A stretch of 64,000 nt of DNA, taken from positions 682,001 through 746,000 of the forward strand of contig NW_025767546.1 of the NCBI RefSeq assembly GCF_003918875.1. The letters are read 5' to 3'. The notes beneath the pieces are model-generated. The model had not been told where the DNA came from, searched no databases, and saw nothing but the letters and a program-made list of their open reading frames with translations. The first letter of the stretch is position 1. Each line of letters opens with the position of its first letter. Source of the stretch: Haliotis rubra (Eukaryota). Below, piece after piece: positions 53,600-64,000 of the stretch. The position numbers and the translations under genes were made by a program.

Positions 53600-56500
53600 A
53601 CAAGAATGTCAGACATTTTGTTTCTCATTCCAAGGTTGTAATATTGATCCAACCACAATTACACAACTGATAACAATAAATCCATAATCATCATCAACTA
53701 AGCTTATCTTTTCCTGGTGAAACACGGCGTCACTACATTAAAGGGAGGTTACTCTTCCAGCTTTCAATATCTCAACCTTTCATCTAGAGGTCAGTCATCA
53801 CAGTCTGTTTTGGTGCTCCAAACCTTGATGACCAAATTTGTCGTACTATGTCCGCTGCAAAGTTTCATCTCCACATTGATATATCTCAAGATATCTTCCG
53901 TCTTTTTTCACTGATAAATCATGATGGATAGCGCCCTCTTGCTGCTAACTTTTCTGCAGTGGAGTGCACAGAGTTTAGTTGCACACGGTCCTCATCTTAA
54001 GGCGTTTCTTGAAAAACTAAAATTCCAACCGGATGTAATATGCATTCAAGAAACATTCCTCTGGCCTAGTGTCAGTTTAAAATTAATGGTTATGTTAGCA
54101 TGCGAAAAGACCGAAAAGACCCTACGACCAGAAATCCTAAACGCGGCGGTTTTGCTACGTTTGTCAAATTGGATTTATCATATAGTAGTCATACCTTGCC
54201 GAAACCTAATTTTGAGGCAAATGCGGTGGAAATTGTCTCAGACGAGAAACAATTCCTAACCATTGTTAATATATACAGCAATGGTACGCCATCTCTAGAT
54301 GATTATAAAATGCTGACTAATTCTGTAGATACACCAGTTTTGATATGTTGTGATTTCTATAGTCATAATGCACTGTGGGGGAGCAGGCATACAAATCATG
54401 CTGGTCAAGTTGTAGGAAATTTTGGAGGACACAGGGTTTAATATTGCTAAACTCTGGCCACTTTACTTTCTCAGCATTGGATCTTACCCTTGTTTCGCCT
54501 ATTTTATCCCACAAATGCCAGTGGGGTGTTTATCAACACGACAGTTTGGGGAGTGATCACTTTCCAGTTTTCACTGAAATATCGTTTACACCTCTTCGAA
54601 CACCTGCACATGGAATTTCTAGATGGAGATTTAAATCTGCAAATTGGCATAAATTTGTTGAACTTTGTTCAAATGAAATAACGTGTGATCTTCTTACAGA
54701 TGACATTGAAAGTTCTAATTGTAAGCTAACTTTATCTCTGACTAAAATCTCAGAAAAAGCTATTGGTAAAACTTCCGGAAAGCCAACTACTCGAAATTCT
54801 CAGTATTGGTGGAATAAGGATTGTGATAAAGCCGATAAAGCTCGACAAAAGGCCTATAACCGACTTCGCAGGAAGACTTTCGGAAAAAACGGGCTGAATT
54901 CCAACGTCTTGTACGATCATTAAAACGCAGCTGTTAGCGTTCTTACATATCTACAATAAACAGGCATACTTCCTTGTCTTCAATTTGGGCCAAAGTAAAA
55001 AGGATTAGTGGGAACCGTAATAGATCCCCTATTCCTGTTTTGGATCAAAGTGCTATTTCCCGTGAAGAGAAAGCAAATCTTTTAGCAGATCAGTTTGAGG
55101 CTGTTAGCAGCTATGAAAACTTTTCAACAAAATTTAAAAACGAAATCACAAATTTGGAGAATGAGATTATTCCTATAATTTCAGATTCTTTATTAGAACC
55201 TTCTTCTGAATATGATTTATCCTTCCGCCTTCAGAGAATTAAAATAGGCAATATCAAAAGGCAAGAATACATCTCCTGGTGCCGTTGAATTGTGTTACGA
55301 ACACTTTGAAACATATGCCAGATTCAGCTTTAGAAGTCATACTTAATATAATAAATTAAAGCTGGATATCTGGGAAGTTACCCAGAAGCTAGAGACACGC
55401 TGTTGTTATCCCTGTTCCCAAACCTGGTAAAGATCCATCTCGCCCTGTTTCATTTAGACCAATAGCCTTAACGTCTAACCTGTGTAAAATCATGGAAAGG
55501 TTGGTCACAAATCGTTTGAGTTTCTACTTAGAATCAATCACAAAAAGCACTAGGAAACCAAGAGTATATGCTGTGTGTATTTTTAGACATTGAAAAGCCA
55601 TATGATATGTTATGGAGAAATGGACTTTTATTTAGACTGCAAAGTTTGGGGGTAAAGGGACGTTTGCTACAGTGGATAATGTCCTTCCTAACTGATCGAA
55701 CCATACAAGTTCGTATTGGGCAACACGTGTCTGACATGCGAATTATTGTAAATGGCACTCCACAGGGCAGTGTTATAAGCCCTTGTCTCTTTAATATTAT
55801 GATCAATGATTTCTTTTCTGAACTTTCGTTAAACATTGATGCATCACAATTTGCAGATGATAGTGCTTGTTGGAGACGTTTTGGAAACATTGAGTTTGTT
55901 CACATATCTATTCAATTAGCCCTAAATTCTATAGATCTTTGGTGTTCAAAGTGGGGGTTCAAGGTATAAACTTCTAAATCAGTTGCTATGTTCTTCACAA
56001 GACGTAAAGTTCCTCCAAATACGAAGCTACACATTGTGATCAGGACATAAAATTTGTTTCTGAATTTAAATTTTTGGGTGTAATCTTTGATAAAAAAACT
56101 CACTTGGTCCCACCACAGCAACTACATTTCATCAAAATGTACTAAAGCTCTCAATCTACTGAAAAGCGTGTCTGCCACAAAGTGGGGTGCTGATAAATCA
56201 TCCTTGCTTCTTTTGTACAAAGCACTAATTTTGTCTAGATTAGAATATGGCTGTCAAGTTTTCATGAATGCTGCAAAATGTCATTTGGCTAAACTTGATC
56301 GTGTTCAAGCAAAAGCTCTTCGGATATGCACCGGTGCCTTTCCTACTACTCCAGTTTCTGCCCTTCAGGTGGAATGCTCAGAACCTCCTTAAAGTTGTCC
56401 ATAAGTACTATTTACCCTTAAAAGCTTAATCTAGGCATCAACCAGCAACTGATATATTGTGTGATTGTGTGGAATATGTCATGTGTGATTGGAATCACGG

Positions 56501-57739
56501 AAAACCACCGTTTGGAGTACTTGTACAACAGTCTCCATTACAGTACCAGTTGAACAATCTTCAGTTGAATGCTGCTCGATCTCTCCCTAAAACGGTTCCA
56601 TGGACATTAACACAATCTTCGATTTCACAGGATTTATCGGAGCTTGTAAACAAACAAATGTCACCAAGTGTTATTAAAATCCTAACCCAAGATTACATTC
56701 CCACCAAATATAGCAATTTTACTCATATTTACACTGATGCTTCAAAGGATCCCAGAACCGGTCATGTTGGTGGAGCTTTTTATATTCCCGATATTGGTTT
56801 ATCCAAAAGAATTAGATTGACTGATCATCTGTCTGTATTTGCAGCAGAACTGACAGCCATACTTCAAGTTTAAAATCGGTAAAAGATAATGAACATGAAG
56901 CAATAATTTTACTGATTCGTTGTCAGCTGTACAAGCAATTCAATCAGGTGTACAAGGTCCACGCAGTGACATACTATACGCCATCTTGTATCTTGATACT
57001 GCTTTAAACTCCATGTACATCAGCTGTGATATTGTTTGGATTCCTGCACATGGTGGTGTAGCTGGAAACGAAGTAGTTGACACACTTGCTAAGAAGGCTT
57101 ACAACAGACCACAGACAGATATTCATTCATTTAAGCCCATTCCAAGAGATTACTGGTTTGTCATTTCATTTCATCTTCAATAAATGCATCTTGGCAAAAT
57201 AAATGGGACAATGAAACTACAGGTAGACACATGTTCTCTACTTGTCCTGTAGTAAACAAACATTTTAAAATTCGTCGGCGTTGTCGCAGCGATGAAGTTG
57301 TTTTAACTCGCCTCAGGCTAGGACATTGTGGATTAAAGGCATATAGAAGTATTTTTAGATAAAGACCTATCTCCTCTGTGTGAAAGTTGTAACTTACACT
57401 GCCCAGAAACAGTTCAGCACTACCTCATTGAATGTCCAGCTCATGAAAACCCACGTAAGGCTCTTAAAGAAACTGTGCTTAACAAAACCCAAAATACTTT
57501 TACAATGAACGCAATACTTGGCGATAATTTAATGTATGGTTGCATACAAAGAGCTGTTTTAGACTTCCTCGTTAAAACGGGTAAGTACGACGTATTTAAC
57601 TGAACAAAAATATAACAGTTTGTTAAGTGTTGGGCGCATATAGGCCTTTTAAGGCCCAAGGTCGCCCTAAAACCTTACATACCTACCTACCTACCTACCT
57701 ACCTACCTACCTACCTACCTACCTACCTACCTACCTACT
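53600..57739 (+). mobile_element. Degraded non-LTR retrotransposon of the I/Nimb group (ORF1 end plus EN-RT-RNase H-CCHC ORF2), (CCTA)n tail
   Basis: APE motifs LQWSAQSL, CIQETFL and GSDHFP; RT motifs GTPQGSVISP and QFADD; RNase H motifs IYTDASK and WIPAHGGVAGNEVVDTLAK; C-terminal C-x2-C..ETVQHYLIEC; many frameshifts and stops. The 5' boundary is approximate. Confidence 0.92.
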
Positions 57740-58289
57740 AATATCTTAACCTTTCCGTGTCACTGGCAGATATTTTAGATCATCAAACACGGAAAAGGCT
57801 GGTACCTTTTCAACAATGCAAATGCAAAATTGTCTTATTCAACCGAAGTATATCCTAATATTCCTAGTAGCGATAGGAATAGGGCTTACGGGTTTTACGT
57901 TGTGAATATTCAGTATATCGAAAGTGCATCAGCCTTGGCAGCGAAAAAGTAGCCAGGGGAATCAGACGTTCGGGTTTCCACTCATGAATATTAATTAGAC
58001 CGGAATGCAGATATTCGTCATTATTCAGCTAGGGATAAGGTGTCCTCCTATTACGCAGACAGCCAGTTCGCAGACACCTTAAAACAACAACATTTACGGT
58101 TCAGTGAACAGATTATCTACTACCTGTTACATACACATTATAAAGGAATAGTCCAAATAAAAACACAGGATAAACTGAAGCTATATTATTTATTTTGAAA
58201 GATGGACGAAAAGACAGTAATTTGAATTTTTCATACACATTTCGGTTTAACCTTCTAGTCTAACGGGAGTCGGCATCATCATATTGAAA

Positions 58290-58760
58290 ACATTAGCTTA
58301 GCTATTAGAAATTGCGACACTGTTGTATCATATAAATCAAATAAAGACAAATGTGAACCTAAATATTATTCATATGGAATAAAGAAGTTAAATGTTTTGT
58401 ACACAATATTAAGATATATGACGAGTGCACTTAATTAAGATTCATTTAGAATACATATTTAAAATATGACGCATCATGTCAATGTGGCCATGGATGTGAG
58501 AATGTTTTTCATTACTTCCTTGAATGTCCATTGTATAGTACACAAAAACTGTTACAATCTTTAGAAAGTATTGTTGAAATTAGAACAATGATTGGTATTA
58601 ATCGTATCTTACATGGCAATGCAGGTGTCTCATTTACTGCAAATCAGAATGTTTTCAAATATGTACATATACATGTAACTATATCTCTCCAACAAAACGT
58701 TTTCTCAGTTAATTTCTGTTGTACATATGCTATTATTGGGATGGGTATTTTCTATCAATA
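58290..58760 (+). mobile_element. 3' fragment of an old LINE ORF2 (zinc-knuckle region)
   Basis: Translation ASCQCGHGCENVFHYFLECPLY at ~58470-58535 is typical of a LINE ORF2 C-terminus. Confidence 0.6.
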
Positions 58761-59001
58761 AACACAATCAAACCTCAGTGACAAACCTGTTTTTATATTC
58801 GATAGTAATTTATAGTAAAATCAATTTTGAGAAGAGAAATCATTTATCATTTAATCACAACAAATTTATATTTACCCGAAATCAAACTTCTCAGTAACGA
58901 ACCTGTTTCAGGCTCACCCTGCTTTACTCACTGGACAGTGGACTGTTCCATTATACCCGTAGGTGTTACCCTAATTAACCTTCTAGTTCAGTGTCTGTCA
59001 A

Positions 59002-59003
<2 letters not shown>

Positions 59004-59047
<44 letters not shown>
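59004..59047. repeat. (GT)n microsatellite
   Basis: About 22 GT units. Confidence 0.95.
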
Positions 59048-59048
<1 letters not shown>

Positions 59049-59198
59049 AGCCTAGTGGTTAAAGCGTTGGCTCGTCACGCCGAAGACCCGGGTTCGATTC
59101 CCCACGTGGGTACAATGTGTGAAGCCCATTTCTAGTGTCCCCCGCCGTGATATTGCTGGAATATTGCTAAAAGCGGCGTAAAACTAAACTCAGTCAGT
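59047..59198 (+). mobile_element. tRNA-derived SINE family A
   Basis: AGCCTAGTGGTTAAAGCG..GGTTCGATTCCCC..GCGGCGTAAAACTAAACTCAG. Confidence 0.92.
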
Positions 59199-59207
59199 CT
59201 AGTGTCA

Positions 59208-59287
59208 TTGGGTGTCTGTCAATTGGGTGTCTGTCAATTGGGTGTCTGTCAAATGGGTGTCTGTCAATTGGGTGTCTGTCAAATGGG
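59208..59287. repeat. 15-bp tandem repeat
   Basis: GGGTGTCTGTCAA(T/A)T repeated 5 times. Confidence 0.9.
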
Positions 59288-60124
59288 AGATAACCAGGGA
59301 TAAGGTACCTTAATCTGGTTTGTGTCAAGTGTGTTTCCTAAAACTGAAGGCATCATGGAGAATCATATATAATGGTTTCTGTCGCCTCCTGGAAATGGCG
59401 GCCAAGGAGTTGCATCAGCTATTTATCAAGTTGTCGGGAATATCAAACTTGTGATTGTACAGACATATATTTACATTCAGAAATTGTGTACTCATGGAAA
59501 TGATTGAGAAAATGTAAGTTAGTAAGAAACTATGTTCCTGAGGATCCATTATCTTATATATAGTGACTAATGTAGGTAGAGGAGTAGAAAACATGAAGTG
59601 AATCCGGTCCAAACTATAAGTGTTTAGCCCCTATAGCTCGAACCTGGCTCGAACAGGTACTAATTTGACAGCCGATTTCTATGCTTAAGGTACCGCTTTA
59701 GCTGCTCGTACTACTTGAAGCGGACCAGTGTTATATACAGTTTCTTGTTCCCAGGAACCCGTAGTTACAGTGCCCCTGGTATATATATGATCGTATAATC
59801 AAGCACCAACTACAGTGTGATATACATTTATGATAAGTGCGAAAACACTATATTTTGTTGTATTTGCTTTGAAAACCAAATTCCACGTATTTCAATGGTA
59901 AATGTAAGATATTTTAGTGGGAAATAAAAGCGGAAGTGCTGTCGTCAGTATGCAGTACACATACTGCAATTATGAAATGTTTACCTCTGTGTGCTTGCTG
60001 CTTTTGTAGCTATTCAACCATATTGACAAATTGTGTGCAGCACGTGTTTCCAGTATGTTGGAGTATTATTGATTGCCTGATTACCGCTCATATATATATT
60101 TACGTTGAATGATCGTTTATTGGT

Positions 60125-60126
<2 letters not shown>

Positions 60127-60167
<41 letters not shown>
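60127..60167. repeat. (CT)n microsatellite
   Basis: About 20 CT units. Confidence 0.95.
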
Positions 60168-60170
<3 letters not shown>

Positions 60171-60446
60171 ATCTACCTATCTATCTCTCACAGAATAATA
60201 TTGATAAGAAAAGAAATCACATATCATATAACATTTTATTTGATAAACACGCAGAATTATCAAGGTCAAAGGCCCAGGATTGACATTTTACAATGAACTT
60301 ACTGATGTATGAAAGGCTGACTGGAACTCACTGGCTAACTGGCTGCCAATGACGGTACATCTTGGAGCGGTGAACTGAACACTTTCATGCAACTCCTTCA
60401 AACCTATGTACATACATGTACGTACTATCAGAGTCTGTTCAAGTCC

Positions 60447-63729
<3,283 letters not shown>

Positions 63730-63954
63730 CTGGAAGGGAAATGAGCACATGTTAACACTGGAGAAACTGAGGATTGATTACGTGATATAAGTATCAAATT
63801 TCTTTCAAGTTTACCGACTGGCTTATTTCCAACTCGTTAGCAACAGGAGAGGGTTACAAGGAACCGTTCAGAAGTTAGTACTGAACCAAACATTAATACA
63901 CAGTCTGTTATCGATTCCTATCATCCATTGATTGGTTCATCCATGAATGCTGTT

Positions 63955-64000
63955 TGAAGTCCCCGCCGTGATATTGCTGGAATGTTGCTAAAAGCGGCGT
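63955..64000 (+). mobile_element. SINE family A 3' fragment (runs off the window)
   Basis: CCCCGCCGTGATATTGCTGGAATGTTGCTAAAAGCGGCGT. Confidence 0.75.

Overview
Eukaryotic (animal) genomic DNA. The intron-exon structure and repeat content suggest a marine mollusc, possibly a gastropod such as abalone; this is inference only. Four host genes can be modelled by hand with GT-AG splice sites: a 6-exon low-molecular-weight protein tyrosine phosphatase (ACP1-like, minus strand, 21683->11809); a 4-exon LIX1-like gene head-to-head with it (plus, 22522->41042); an intronless SCFD1/Sly1 (plus, 47084->~48983); and a 9-exon tektin (minus, 63729->60447). Mobile DNA is dense. It includes a deleted DIRS tyrosine-recombinase retrotransposon with inverted termini and an ICR, a degraded I/Nimb-type LINE, a hAT-type element with an 8-bp TSD, several foldback elements, and three SINE-like families with related 3' tails. 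There are also several minisatellites (21, 26, 33, 39, 43, 47, 55 and 98 bp units) that explain most of the long repetitive ORFs in the track. The most interesting observations are: a SINE-like family whose fixed 5' end is a structured, non-tRNA RNA head (candidate ribozyme or promoter); a 30-bp palindrome with a 7-bp TSD resembling a P-element excision footprint; the intronless SCFD1 with a frameshifted stop; and a probable decayed multi-discoidin (F5/8 type C) gene at 0.9-5.8 kb that the ORF track does not show.
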